DNA of 64,000 nucleotides. Source: Geosiphon pyriformis uo1 (taxonomy: Eukaryota > Fungi > Glomeromycota). Made by a program: the position numbers and the translations under genes. The notes beneath the pieces are model-generated. The model ran no database searches. It had not been told where the DNA came from and saw only the letters and a program-made list of their open reading frames with translations. The stretch spans positions 279,663 through 343,662 of the forward strand of contig JAAOMT010000088.1 of the NCBI GenBank assembly GCA_016748015.1. The letters are read 5' to 3'. Shown piece by piece: positions 1 through 13,459 of the stretch (position 1 is its first letter; each line of letters opens with the position of its first letter).

Positions 1-1137
1 GTTATAAATATTAGTAAGGACCACTTCTCTGGAGGATTTGCCCATTCTTTTTTACTCCCAATAAAAACCTCTAAATTCCGTTTTTTTTTCAACCATTTCT
101 TTTACTTTTTTATCCATGATGGCCATAGCAGAACACGACATAGAGGTCTTGCTTGGAGGTGGGGGTGATTCCAAGATAATTCTATAATTTTTGTATAGCC
201 ATTGAATAATTTCTGTATCGAGTCATATTTCAATTTAAAGTTCAATTTTGGTTGAAGTAACAAAAAGCATTCCTTATTTTAATTAGAGTTTGAGTAAATT
301 AAACTTTTTTATTCATTCGAATTTAAGAAAAAATTTGAAAGATATTAAGTTTCCTTATTTTACCAAATACTCTACTACAAAGTACAATTATCATATATCG
401 TGTTCTATCTAAATAATATTGCTATTATTTAAATGATGTAATCATAATTGATTTTTTGTTAAAGTAAATATACATAAATAAAAACAGATAATTTAATAAT
501 TATCTTCTTAATATGCTTTTTTTCTTTTTTCTTGAATTTTATTGTTAAAATTAGCTTGAGAATAAGAGACTTGTCCCTTAATTCATTGAATAAATAACTA
601 TTAAAAATAATTGATATTTGTTATTAAATTCTAAAACATCCTAACTAAAACATAGACCTATAGCAACTGTAATTTAAGACAAATTACATTAAATGAATTC
701 TTTACATCTTTAATTTGTTTTTTGTTAAAATTTTTTAAATAGATTTATATTGTTTTTAATTACTTTACTTTTTGCTATTTATTAGCTTATTAGTTATATT
801 TGTAACAAAATAATTTTTTAAAATCTATATAAATAAAAATTCTAATAAATACATCTTTAAATGTTTAAAAATCTTATTTAATTTTTGCAAAAAATAGCCA
901 TTTTTTACACATAACTAGCTATTTAAATTGGTTAAAACTATTTTTCAATCATAAATTTTTTTAATACTTATATTATTTAGTTTTGTCTTACAAAGATAAA
1001 ATCTATTAAAATATTTTTTAAGTACTTTTTAGCCATCCAATATGTTATAGTTGTATTAAAATTATTTTTATGATTAAAAATATTAAATATTAAAATGTTT
1101 ATAACATTTTTAATTTTTTTTATAATCTTAGAAATTT

Positions 1138-1187
1138 GTGTATCTATAATTTTAAGTATATTGTGTATCTATAATTTTAAGTATATT
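1138..1187. repeat. Perfect 25-bp tandem duplication
   Basis: GTGTATCTATAATTTTAAGTATATT occurs twice, at 1138-1162 and 1163-1187. Confidence 0.9.
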
Positions 1188-4100
1188 ATTATAATCCAAA
1201 AATAAATTTTTATTTAATTCTTTAATGTCTAAACCAATATGAAACAACCAAAAATTCAGTTTTTTTAAAATATTGTTTTAATAATTGCAGTATTTAAAGG
1301 TTTTTGGGTTTTAAAATTTATAATTACATATTTTTAACAATAATAAAATAGATAATCAAAAAATTAAATAGATTAATTATTGCATTATATTATTGTTTTA
1401 TAATTTATATTAATTATTTTATTGTTTATTTTAGTTTTATTTAATTTTTATTTAATTTTAAAGTATTAATTAAGTGTAATTTAACTATTAACTATAATTA
1501 TATAATAGAAATATATATAATGGTTTATATATTGTTTATGTGTAATCAGTTATCTGTTTTATTATTTTAATTTACAATTATATATAAATACAATTATAAT
1601 ACTATAATTAAAATATAATTGCTTTAAACTATATATATTAAGCATTTTTTATATGTAATTAACTATTTAAATTAATTAAAATTATATTATATATTATTAA
1701 TATTATTATTAATATATAGCAAATTTAATAGCATTAAAACCAAATTAAAACAAAACAATATTTTTTATATTTAAAACTATAAATAAAACCAATTCTATAT
1801 AGTTTCATATTTTTAAAAAAAATAAAAAAACTTTTAATATTAATAAATATAAAACTATAATTAATAATTAAATTTTTTTATATTTTATTTTAACTTAGAA
1901 TTAGGCAATTAAATACATTTTTTATAAGTTACTCTTTTTTTAATGTTTTTAATGCCATTTTGCTGTTAATTTTGCTGTTGATAAAAACTGGTGAATCTTT
2001 AATAAGCTAATTTATTTTTCAAAGTATTTCACTATACTTTGAACTATGTATGCTGTTAGATTTATAATAAAAGAGCTAATTATTTTGTGTAGTTATTTTC
2101 AACAAAAGTCAACTCTTTTACAGAAAAATCTCATTATTATTTATATTAAAAAACCTAAAATTAAAAATTATTATAAATAAATTACCTTTTATTACAAAAT
2201 AACCATATTAATTATTTTATTATAAATTTAATATTTTATAAATTTAAAATATAAAAAATACTCTAAAAACAAATATATTATTAAAAATTTAACAGCTTTT
2301 ATTAACAACAAAATTAAGAACAAATTTAAAATCAATAATATACAAAAAACATAATATAATCTTAGATAATATTTAGTGCTTTTTTAAAAAATTTATATAA
2401 AGTAATTATTTTTGATACAATTTTAAAGTACTATTAACAATTCATATTTATAATAAACAAAAATTTTTAATTTTTAACAATATTTTAAAAACTAAATTAA
2501 TAATTATTTTTTTGAAAAATTAATATTTTAAATATTAAATATAACTTTTATAAAAACTTTATATTTACTTAAAAAAAACCAAAAATTTGTAATTAAAAAA
2601 TATCTGGCACTTATTTTTAAAATTTAACTATAATATTAAAAAGTTTTATAAACTTTAATATTTAATTAAATAATAATTTCTAAATTTTTTATTAAAAAAC
2701 AAAAATGTTTTATAACTTATAAAAACTACTTATAATTAATTGTTAAATAATTACAAATACCAAAATAATAAACTAATAACAAATTATTACTTTTAATTAT
2801 ATTTATTTTAGTTTATTTATTTAAGCTTATATTTTTAAATTAGAAAACAAACATATATTACATTATTATAAAAAAAAAAAATTCAAAATCTTATATCTTA
2901 CATAATTTTATATAGCATGTAATTTTAAATTTTTATTAGCCAATTAGAATATAAAAATGTCAAAATCTTATAATTTTAAATAATACATAATTTATTAATT
3001 AATTAAAATATAGAAATACAATTTAATTTATATATCAAATTATAGTTTTTTTTTTCGTTTTCTAATTATAAACTTTCTAAAACTTTAGGTTATAAAAAAT
3101 TTAGTTGTCTTTTTATTTCTTTTTTGAGAATATTTTACAATTTTATAAGACTAATACTTTGTTTAAAATTAACAAAAAAATTATTAATTAAATTAGTAAG
3201 TCACTTTTATTTAGCTAATTATTTTTGTTGTCTTAAATGTTGGTTTTTTTGTATAATACAACCAATAAAAGTATTAAAAATATGTATTACAAATAAAACA
3301 ACAAAGATGAATATAATTGCTTATAGTCAAAAAACAGTGGGCATTATATTTAGATATTTTTATTTTATTATAATATTCTAATATATAAAGTAGATTTAAG
3401 TAATAATTATCTTTTTTTTTGTTATAAATAGAAAAAATTCATTATTTCTATAAGAAAAATAATTGTCTTTTTATATTGTTTAAGTAAATAACAGAAAGTG
3501 TTTTCATATTTTTTAATATCAAAAAAATATTAACATATTTTGATATAATTCTTTAATTATTGCCAAGATACAAATTTATTGATATTTTCTTTATCATACT
3601 TAAAAATATGATATCAGCAAAAAAAAAGTTTTTTTATTAGTATATTATATTATAACTGCCTTCTTAAAAATAAAATCTTATTTTCAAAAAATAATTAAGA
3701 TCTTTCTAATATAATAAAAAATTTTTATTGCAAGTTTTAAATCAATTACTTGGTTTTGAAAATTAAAATAAGAATTATATTTATTAATTATTAATATTAT
3801 TTTAGTAAGTTTTTAAAAAAGTATTATTATATTATATTTAATTAAATTATATGTTAATTAACTAAAAATATGTATTCTAACTGAAAAATAATTAAAATTA
3901 AATACACAAAACATTTTACAATATTCAAAAATGTTTTTTATATGGTAAAAATTTTTGTCTGAGCTTTTATTAATTAAAAAAATCCAGATAGATTTAATTT
4001 AACTATTAATTTTTAATATTTTATCAAAATAGATATTTTGTATTAATAAATTTAATTCTTTTATATAAATGGCAAAGTTTGTATTAATTTTATATTTTGG

Positions 4101-5820
4101 ATAAATAAAAATTGATAGTTAATTATTATAAAAAGTATTATTTATATTATTTAAAGTTTATTAACAAATAAACTAATAAATTCATCTTTTATTATATATT
4201 AATTAAAAAATTATGATCTAATAGTATAACTGGGATTTTAAAAACTTTACATGATTTAAAACGTTTTTCTAAAATAAATTTTGGCTTTGTTAATTTGTAA
4301 AATAATTACAAATTGAATAAGAAATAAGACTATAAATTATTTAGTATTTTTTATTGAAGCAAGACAATAGTGTTTATTAAAGTGTTTTTTTTATTTCGTG
4401 AAACAAAAACAATTACAATATTGGCTAGATAGTAATAGATTTTTGTTAATATTATAATTAATTAATATAGCAATAAATAATTATTAAGAGTAGTATGAGA
4501 AAAATATTTATTATATTTTAAATTTAAAGCTTTATAAAAATGATTAATAGTTTTAATTTTTATAATTTTTTTTCTTTTTTTTTGTTTACAACTTTAAACT
4601 TAATATATTTGTAAATATGTACATATAATTCTAAATATTAAATCAAAAAAAATAGATGACTAAATAAGTTATATTTTATAGCTTTTTAATATTTTTTAAA
4701 AATTTTTACTTTTTTTGTCTAATTTTTACTTTAGTATTTTGTATAATGCTTTAATTTTTTAGTTTTATTATGTAAAATTTTTTTAAAATCTGTAATATAA
4801 ATTAGAAAACTATGCTAAATCTCCAAATTAGTAGTAAAATTATAGATTTATTAAAGCTTAATAAGCTTTTTATTACTTATATTAATGATTTTTACAATTT
4901 TTTGTATTAAAGCATTAAAAAAAATTATATTATTTATAACAATCTCTTTAATTATCTTTAAAATAGTTGGAATTAAAGTAGTTTAGATAGTTTTAAAGTT
5001 TTAAAATAATAATATTGATTATAAAAAGTGTAAAAAACTTTGAATTAAAATTAAAATTGCCAAGTATTTTTCAATTTTTTTTTATGTATTAATATACTTA
5101 ATACATAAATTGAACTTTTGAATTTTTTGTATTTACTATAATTATATTTAAATATATTATAGAAGTTTTATAAATATAAAACTTGTTATATTGTAATGTA
5201 ATTAAAAAAACTTACATATTAAAAAAGTTTAATAATAAATAAAATCAAAAATATAATATTAAAGATATAATAAATTAAAAAATAAAAAACATAAATAAAA
5301 AATAAATTAAATTAGAAAATAAAAAATATATTAAATTAGATACAAATTATAGTTATTTTTATATAAATAAAATAAAATAATAAATTGAGATAATTATATT
5401 ATATTATAATTGTATATCATAAATAACATATTATTATAATATAAGATAATATTATTATAAAATATATAATTATATATCTAATTATATATCTTATTAAAAG
5501 AGAGAAAAAATAGTTATATAATAATTAATAATAATATAATATATGTTTATTTTTTTATTATTTGTTTGTTTTTTAATATTAAAAAATTTTACATTACTAA
5601 AAAATTTAATTTAACAATAAAAATTAATTTATAATAATATTTATTTAATTAATTATTTAAAAAAAATTAAAAAAATTATTTATTAAACCAAAAAAAATAA
5701 ATAAAAATATTTATAAACTTATCTTAAAAAAAACAAAAATATAATTATTTTTTATTATATTAAAAGATATAAAACCAGTTTTTAATAAAATAATAAAACA
5801 ACAAATAAAACAAATAAACC

Positions 5821-6120
5821 AAAGCCAAAACATTAAAATTAAATTTTTATTTTTTTCAAAAAATAGTTAATAATTAGTTTAAAAATTAAACTGCTTTTTT
5901 TGATAATTAATAAGTATTTAAAACTGCTTTTTTCAACTAGCTTACTAATAATATTATTTTTATTATTTTTTAAAGTTAAGTTCAAACTATAAAACAAAAA
6001 TTAATTAAATTTGTTATTCTTTATTTTTAATAATTTAATTAATTTTTCAAAAAAATTAAGCAATTAAAAATATAAAACTATTATTTTAATATTTAAATTT
6101 TTAATTAATTTATTAAAAAA
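5821..6120 (+). pseudogene. Heavily C>T/G>A-mutated Ty3/Gypsy-type gag relic (extent beyond this core unknown)
   Basis: One frame from 5821 reads KTLKLNFYFFQKIVNN*FKN*TAFFDN**VFKTAFFN*LTNN...VQTIKQKLIKFVILYF**FN*FFKKIKQL...IFN*FI. Reversing transitions gives the retrotransposon gag pattern W.AFKTAFL..F...IKQ...ESV..Y..RF..L...QILDQFI. Confidence 0.6.
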
Positions 6121-6588
6121 GTTAATTTTATTTATTAAATAATTTAATTATTTTTATTTATTATGTTAAAGCTTATAAAATAAATATAAAAAAAGCAATT
6201 ATACTAAATTTATTAATTTAATTATAAAAAAATTAAAACAGCTAAAAAAATTTAATCAATTTACAAAAAAAGTTAATAATTATATTATTACAAAACTCAA
6301 ATAATTAATTTCAAAATTCTAATTGTTATTATTATAAAATTTCAAAATATTAAAAAAAATTATAGTTTTAATAAAATTAACAAAAACAAAATATTTAATA
6401 TTATTTTTCTTAATAAATGCAATAATTTTACTATTTATTATATTACAAAATTATTATTTATTAAGATTTTAATATTAAAATAATTATTATTAATTATTAT
6501 TATTATTATTAATATAACAATATTATTACCAATTACTATTGGTTTAAAATTATTAAATATTAATTAAAAAACTAAATTAATTAAATCA

Positions 6589-6743
6589 CTCTGTTAAGAT
6601 AGGTGCGTAGTGTTGTTCTGATCGGCCTGAGTGGCTGGTCACGTGTAGAAAATGCATGATTCGCTTCTAGTTTAGATCATTTATGTGATGTATAGTCCTA
6701 GATCGCGTTTGGACCTCACTCGTTAAACGTAATAAAAAAAAAA
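6589..6743 (+). mobile_element. 5'-truncated LINE tail (last ORF2 codons, 3' UTR, poly-A)
   Basis: Colinear with 39963-40117. Ends in AATAAAAAAAAAAAA. Flanked by the 10-bp direct repeat AATTAAATCA (6579-6588, 6744-6753). Retains 8 CpGs inside an AT desert. Confidence 0.92.
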
Positions 6744-8899
6744 AATTAAATCAATTTATATTTAAAATTAATTAATTTTTCAAAATAATAACTAACAAAA
6801 ACCAAATTATTATCATAAGTAATTTAATTTCTTAATTATATTAAAAAAACAGAATTTTTATCAATTATATTTTTAGAAAATAAAACTACAGAATAATTAT
6901 TATTATTATTATTATTATTATTATTTTGTCAACAAAAATAACAAAAATTTTTAATTTGTTTAATATTTTTCTATTTAAATTAAATTTAAATTAAATTATT
7001 TAATTATTTTAAATTTACAAGTTTTAAGTTAGATATTCAGAAATTTTTTAAATAATTTTTTGGTTAAAGTTATTAAAATTTTTTAAATTATGGTTTTTTT
7101 CTTATAAATAATTTTTTTAAGACTTTTATTTTATTAAAATATTTTTATGTCTAATATTTAAGCATTATTATTTATTTTAAAATAGTTAATTTTTTAAAAA
7201 AGTTTTCTATTCTTTTTATGAATTAATTATTAAATAAAAAAGACAAATATTTTAATTAAAAGTCTTTTTATTGTTAGAAAAAACTTGATTTAAAAATTTA
7301 TGCTTATATAAATTGTTTTTGTTATAATTTTTATTAATGTTAATTATTTTTATAAAGTTGTTGTTTTTTTTCAATTGTTTTTACTTTTTTGGTATTTATA
7401 ATTTAAATAATTTTTTGCTGATTTATTTAAATCTATATAATTTTTAATTAAAAACTTTTAATGTATTTATTAATAAGTCTTTAAAAAAATTTTAATATAC
7501 TTAATATAACTGATAAAACTACAGTCTATTTTAATAATTTGCATTTAAATATTGGCATTCAAATATATAATATGTTTTTTTTAATAATAATTAAATTATA
7601 GACAATTGTTTTTGTTCTTAATTGTATTTTTTTTTATAGCAAAATAATTAATAATTTAATTTAAAGTTAAAAAACATTTTAGCAATTTTATTAATAAGTA
7701 GATTAATAAAATAACTAATAATATCTGTTTTTTATTTTTGGTTTTTTTGTTAATATAAGTAAAAATTTTTTTTGATTAATATTAATATAGTTTTTAATAA
7801 TATTTATTAAATTTATTAAAAAATAGATCTTAATGTTAAGATAATAATTATTATTAAAACAAAAAATATTAATTGACTATATATTTTGCTTGTTTAATAT
7901 CTTGATATATATATATAATTTTAGAGTTTATAAATAAGTTTTTAACTAATTTATGTACTTATTTTATAAAAATAATATATTAAAAGTTACTTATTATAAT
8001 TAAAAAATATTTATACAATAAATCTTATTTTAATATTATGTATTTGTTTTGTAAAAAAGTAAAATTTTTCGATTATATATTTATATATATTTTTAATAAA
8101 GTTATTTAAAATAAGTTTTTAAATTTTTTATTTTTAATTAAAAATTTATGTTTTTTGTTATTTGTAATTTTATATATTTTTTTTTATGTTTAATTAATAA
8201 TAATATATATTTACTTTTAATTAAAATTTTGGTTTTAAAAAATAATTTTTTTAAAATTACAGCTTTTTTAAATAACACTAAACTAATTTTTTTGAATGTA
8301 ATAAATTTTGTGTAGAATTTTATTATTAAATATAAAAATAGTATATAATCTTATAAAATTAAATTTAGAATTAATATAAATAAAAGTAGTTTTATTGATT
8401 TAAATAATTTTTTGTTGTTTATAATCTGTAATTTGTCAAATAATTTATTTAATAAAGTAATAAAACTGCTTAATATTAATAAAACACATAATATAAGCTT
8501 TGATTTATATTTATAATATCTTTTTTTAAGAGATTATAATTAATATAAATGTTAATATTAATGTTAAATCAATACTTAATATTGTTTTAATTGGTTTAAA
8601 TTGCTGATTATATGTAAAAAATACATAAATTATATTTAGTTTAGAATACTAAATTGTTGTATTATATTAAATAATAATTGAATTTTACTTATTAAATAAA
8701 AAAAATAAAAAAAAAGCTTAAATAAAATATTAAAACAATTAATTTCTAATTTTAAAAATATATATTACAAAAAAATAACTTTTAAATACTTAGTTTTTTT
8801 TGTAATTTTTTATTTTTATTTAAATTTTTTTATAATTACAATTAATAATTTAAAAAAAAAACCAAATTACTTAATATTTGTTATATTTTTTTTTTATTA

Positions 8900-9687
8900 A
8901 AAAAAAATTTTCTGCTAAATTTAATAATTTTTAAAACAAATAAATAATCTTTAATTTTACAACATTATTAATAGTAATTTTTTACAGAATTAAATTTTTA
9001 AAAAAAAACAAATTTTTACAATACTTAAACAAAACATTCTTAAAAACAGTTAACAATAAATAACAAATATCTTATAATATGCTTTTACAATAAAAACAAA
9101 ATAAAATTAACCAACTTTTTCTGATTATTACTTTGTTAACAATCTTGTTACTATTACCTGAAAATAATTCATAAGCTGAGTTTTATGTACTATTAAAAAA
9201 AATGGTATAAAGCTGGTAAAGATCTGTTTTTTCAAATTTTTAACAATTATTTTTTCAAAAAGTTACCAAACTGATTACTCCAATTTTAAAGTAATTGTCT
9301 TTCAAAATTGATATTCTGTTTTTTCTGTTGAAGTTTCCAGAAATGTTTTACTGATAATAATTTTTTGACACCCTTGCTTAATAATAAAACAGAGTTCAAT
9401 ATTAGTATATAAAACACTGCGACAAGAACGAATTCTGTAAAGTAGTTGGTGTACCCAGATTGTCATAACTGTCTAAGTGTTTTAATAAAAATAATTATAC
9501 CTGCCTTGAACAGAAAAGTCCATTTAAGAATCTTTTTTCCCATTTCTGAGCCTTTAGTATAATATCTCAAGTTCATGGTTGTGATAATGTTCTGTAATCT
9601 CGTTCTCCAAATCAGGAACTTGTTTAATGATGGCTTATCATTAAATTTGCATTACTGGGCCTCAAGATATTCACGACGCAGCTGCAT
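8900..9687 (-). pseudogene. Degraded intron-containing gene of unknown family, divergent from MAD1 (left end approximate)
   Basis: From ATG at 9687: MQLRREYLEAQ*CKFNDKPSLNKFLIWRTRLQNII...; later QGVSKKLLSVKHFWKLQQ...LE*SVW*LFEK. Has intron-like segments and in-frame stops, and GC falls away from 9687. Confidence 0.45.
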
Positions 9688-9774
9688 TTTTAGTGTTGAT
9701 GGTTGCTGGAATTCAGGTGTGAGAAGTGTCAAAACACTAATCATAACTGTGCGCATGCATCACGTTTGACACCC

Positions 9775-9796
9775 TTTCGCGATTTTGATCACGTGA
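9775..9796 (+). promoter_or_regulatory. Candidate MAD1 promoter motifs: SCB/E2F-like TTTCGCG and E-box TCACGTGA
   Basis: TTTCGCG at 9775-9781 and TCACGTGA at 9789-9796, 60-80 bp upstream of the MAD1 ATG. Function is inferred from motif identity only. Confidence 0.35.
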
Positions 9797-9856
9797 GTTT
9801 TCATTTTTCAGTTAAAGCACTATTGAGAGATTATTTCGACCAAAAAAACTTCCACT

Positions 9857-12800
9857 ATGAATTCTGACTCGGAACAAACACAAGAGCCGGTTGAGGGAGA
9901 AGATAATCCCTTCTTGGCTTCGTCAAGTCCCTTGCCATCAGTTACTCAGCTTGAGGAAACAAGTTTCACCGAAACGACGACTTTTCGCTCTGCAAGCTGG
10001 ATCCGTCCGTCAAAGGTATGTTTCTGCGGGTGAGAAAGGTTTTAAAGGTTTTACTTAAAATTTAAAAGTGAAAACATTTATTTCAAGAGGACCCGCCGTG
10101 AATCGGCTGAAGGCTTCTCGGTTGGAGCTCTGGGCACTCCGTCCTCGTTCACCACTCCCTTGTCTCTTGGCTCCTTCAGTTTCTCACCAAGCACTGTTCG
10201 CAGCGCCTGTAAGCCGGCATTGTAGTTTTTATTCTGTTGGCATTTTTTGACAATAAACTTAATTTTTGCTGGAACTATAACTCAGACACTGGTCTCACCA
10301 GAGAAAGTTTCGATCTCAAACCGCAAAACGAAAAATTAAACGAAGAGCTTAACGAGGCCCGCTCAAAGATTCATGATCTAGAAAGACAATTATCAGCTAA
10401 AGAGTTTGAATTTGAATTTGATGCGAGAAAACTTGAGAGAGCGCATCAAAGTTTAAAAATTCAGCTGCAAGAAATAGAACTGGAACGAGAGGTGCGAGTT
10501 TCGTCACTCTGGCATTATCTTTTTGGTCTCAGATCTGGAAGATTATTTATCCGTATTTAGAGACTTGAAAAAGACAATCAGTTCTTACGTGAGCAAGAGA
10601 GGGTGGCTTTGGAAAGTCGGCAAGCAAGTGAGGAAACATTGTGTAAAACTCGGGTTTGTGTTGCACTGATTTGAAAAGAGTAACCAAAGTTTCGAAGATA
10701 TTTATGGAATGAGTATTGAAAATCAAGGAAGAATCGATTGTTTTAAAGAAACAACTCTCCGAAGAAAATAGAAACTTATCTCAAAAATACAGTGAGCTCC
10801 AATATCTTAAAGAACAAGTCGAAAGAGAATCAACACGTAAGATAGAAGAATTGAATAGAAAGATTTCGGTACTTGAAAGAAGTTTAAATCAAGCGAACTA
10901 TAAGGTTAGATAGTCATTCTAGATATTCTTTTTCCCTTTGTTAAAATATTCTAATTTTTTATTTATATTCATAGTTCGAGTCTCAAGAACGATTGTCTAT
11001 TTCACGACAAGATCTTTTATTGAAGCTTCAGAATCAACTTTTGGAGAAAGATCAGTTACTTAGTCGGTATAACATCGCTGTATCAGAAGTTGAAGCTATA
11101 GAATCTCTACGGAATAAATATGAAGGTATATTAGGGATGCTTTTTTGTTTGATTTTTGTTGAAATGAATAACTGTTAAAATATAATTTCTCTCAGCACAA
11201 CAGAATTTGGCAGTTTCATTGCAAGAGCAACTCCGAAAAGAAAGAGAACAAAGCCCCTTGGTGGTTGAACTATGTCTCAAAAATGAATTATTACGCCGAC
11301 AAGTTGAAGATCTGAGTCGTCTGACTGAAATAACTGCGACATTGCAAACTGAGAAGGCCAAGCTAGAAAAGGAACATGTTCTCTGGTATATGTTTCAAAA
11401 GTATAATAATCCGACTTGAATCATGCTCATTTGAAACTTGTTTTATTTAATGTGCCTCATCTTTCTTAAAAGGTCAAGCGTTCTGGAGAAAGATAAATTG
11501 GGTTCTCCCTATAAGGTATCAGAGGATGTTAAAAAATATCGCATTCAAATTGAGGGATTGGAAGGGAAAATCTCGATATACCAGGAGTTTATGGATAGAA
11601 AGAACTCGGTAATAGACACACTCGAGGAAAAGGTTCGTAAATTTTGTTTTCAAACGTAGGATCACCAAATGAGACTTTGATTAATCTTCCTTTCAAATTC
11701 ACTGCAGATTCGGGATTTAACCAATCAGTCTGCACAATTATCTCAAACGGTGGACCAATATGGTGTAGTTATTGAACAATTAAAAAATAGAGTTCATAAC
11801 GAAGCCTCAAAAATATTAGAGCATTTGGTAGTAAAAGCTCTACCTTAATTTTTTTGGATTCAGCCTTTCAACAATACTCACAGAATACTCAACAATTTTT
11901 AGAAACGCCGTCCAGCTCCAACTGTTAAGCCTGATCCTAATAATACCCTTTCTATTCCTGGACAGCCTACTGATTCAGATGCTTTGAAAAACGAGACAAA
12001 CGCAATAAAAAATGAAGTTGCCAATCTACTTAGAGAGTTGTATAGAAATTACACGCGACAATTAGATATCGGTCTTCAAAGCATTAAAGCATTGTCCCCA
12101 CCCCTTAAAGACCAAAAAGATCTCGTTCACATCGAGTCGCAATCAGTAGAAACACGACAAGAATATATCGTGTTTCAGAATGGTATTTATCAAGTTAAAA
12201 TGTGTTAATAGGTATTAATTGATAAATGATAAACCTTAATTTTGTTTTTAACGTTGAAAAAGAGCTTGAAAAGTTCCAAAAGGAAAACGCTTCTTTGAAA
12301 ATGAATCTTGCTGACTCTCGACGACAATTAGAAATTCTAGAGCGTTCAGCCCAAAGAGTACAAGAAAGCGTTAATGAAGCTTCTAAAGTAAGAGAAATAT
12401 TGCATAAAGGTAAATAACTACCTGATAATATTGAATTTTATCTACAATTTATTGATTTCTAATCTTAACCATATTTAGCTAACAAAGAGTTATTAATTGA
12501 GAACGAGCAATTACGTTCAACTATCTCATCTTTAGAGAGAGAAGTTAGTAATCTTGAAATGACCCTTGGTAGAGGCGAATTCAATTATAATGTCAATAGG
12601 GTACGAGATCTTAAATTCAGGAGAGCTCTTTCGAGCCCTTTTTCAAATCATTGATCAATTTGTAATACAAATAACATATTCACAGGTTTTACAACACAAA
12701 GAAAACCCCGAGTCTCAATTATTTACTGTTCGACAGGCCACCTTGGATGCCTTAAGAATGGAAAATAGGCAGCTGATTGAGATTTTGAAGCATGGTGTTT

Positions 12801-13459
12801 CATTGGTCCCGAAGGATCGAGAGAATGATGAGAACCTGGCTGATAATGGAAGTAACACCGTTTCAGAGAAAAGACTTGATGATATTATACCAAAACAGAG
12901 CTTTCTAAATTTGGAAACAGAAAATAAGCGACTGCAAGAACTAATTGCCGAAAAAGACGAGAGAACCGCTAGGCTCAAAGAGGTATTGTTCCTAAAAATT
13001 GATTGGATTCGTTACGTGCAAGACCCTAATTTTCAAATTCGATGGGATACTTAAAAGGCATTCAAGTCAAAAGCGCAAGAATTTAGGGAAGCGGTCCATA
13101 ACCTTCTTGGTTATCGCGTTGACTTCCTAGAAAATAGCCGGGTACGCCTGACTTCTATCTATTCTGAGCAAGAAGACCATTCATTCCTCTTTACTTCTGA
13201 CGAGGAAAATTTCGGAAAGATGCGACTGAGCGGTGGAGGCAATACTGAATACATCAACAGCATATCCAACTTAATTCAGTTTTGGTTAAATGATCGTGAC
13301 TCCATTCCAGGTTTTATGAGTAGTTTAACCTTGGAATTGTTTGAAAAGACTACGGTTGGTCAGAACGCCGGATGGGTTGAAAGAGACTTGAACACGCCCA
13401 TGGATGACGATATGAGTGTTACCACTAGTGCGTTATCCATGAATCCGACGACTGAATAA
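9857..13459 (+). CDS. MAD1: Spindle assembly checkpoint protein Mad1 (multi-exon, long coiled coil)
   Basis: ATG 9857 (MNSDSEQTQEP), many short GT-AG introns and coiled-coil exons. C-terminus GRGEFNYNVNRVLQHKENP (Mad2-binding region) ... FKSKAQEFREAVHNLLGYRVDFLENSRVRLTSIY ... FWLNDRDSIPGFMSSLTLELFEKTT is typical of the Mad1 C-terminal domain. TAA at 13457-13459. Confidence 0.93.

Noticed and set aside
1-210. GC-richer stretch that might be a minus-strand exon at the window edge
   Set aside because: No frame stays open from a plausible start and no motif is recognisable; context is missing.
1200-1900. AAACCA/AAACTA-rich tract resembling decayed hAT subterminal repeats
   Set aside because: I could not identify TIRs or a TSD.
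3124-3381. ORF-track calls in AT deserts (also 15082, 17226, 43859, 47308, 48140)
   Set aside because: K/N/I/F/L/Y-dominated composition expected by chance from AT-rich DNA; several start at non-ATG codons; no motifs.
3270-3420. KKQWALY segment resembling a Mutator-like transposase
   Set aside because: One short motif, with no supporting termini or catalytic residues read.
6611-6660. CTGA...GAAA resembling a hammerhead ribozyme or SECIS
   Set aside because: Lacks CUGANGA and the three-stem geometry, and lacks the SECIS AUGA/GA quartet. Kept only as an unnamed structure.
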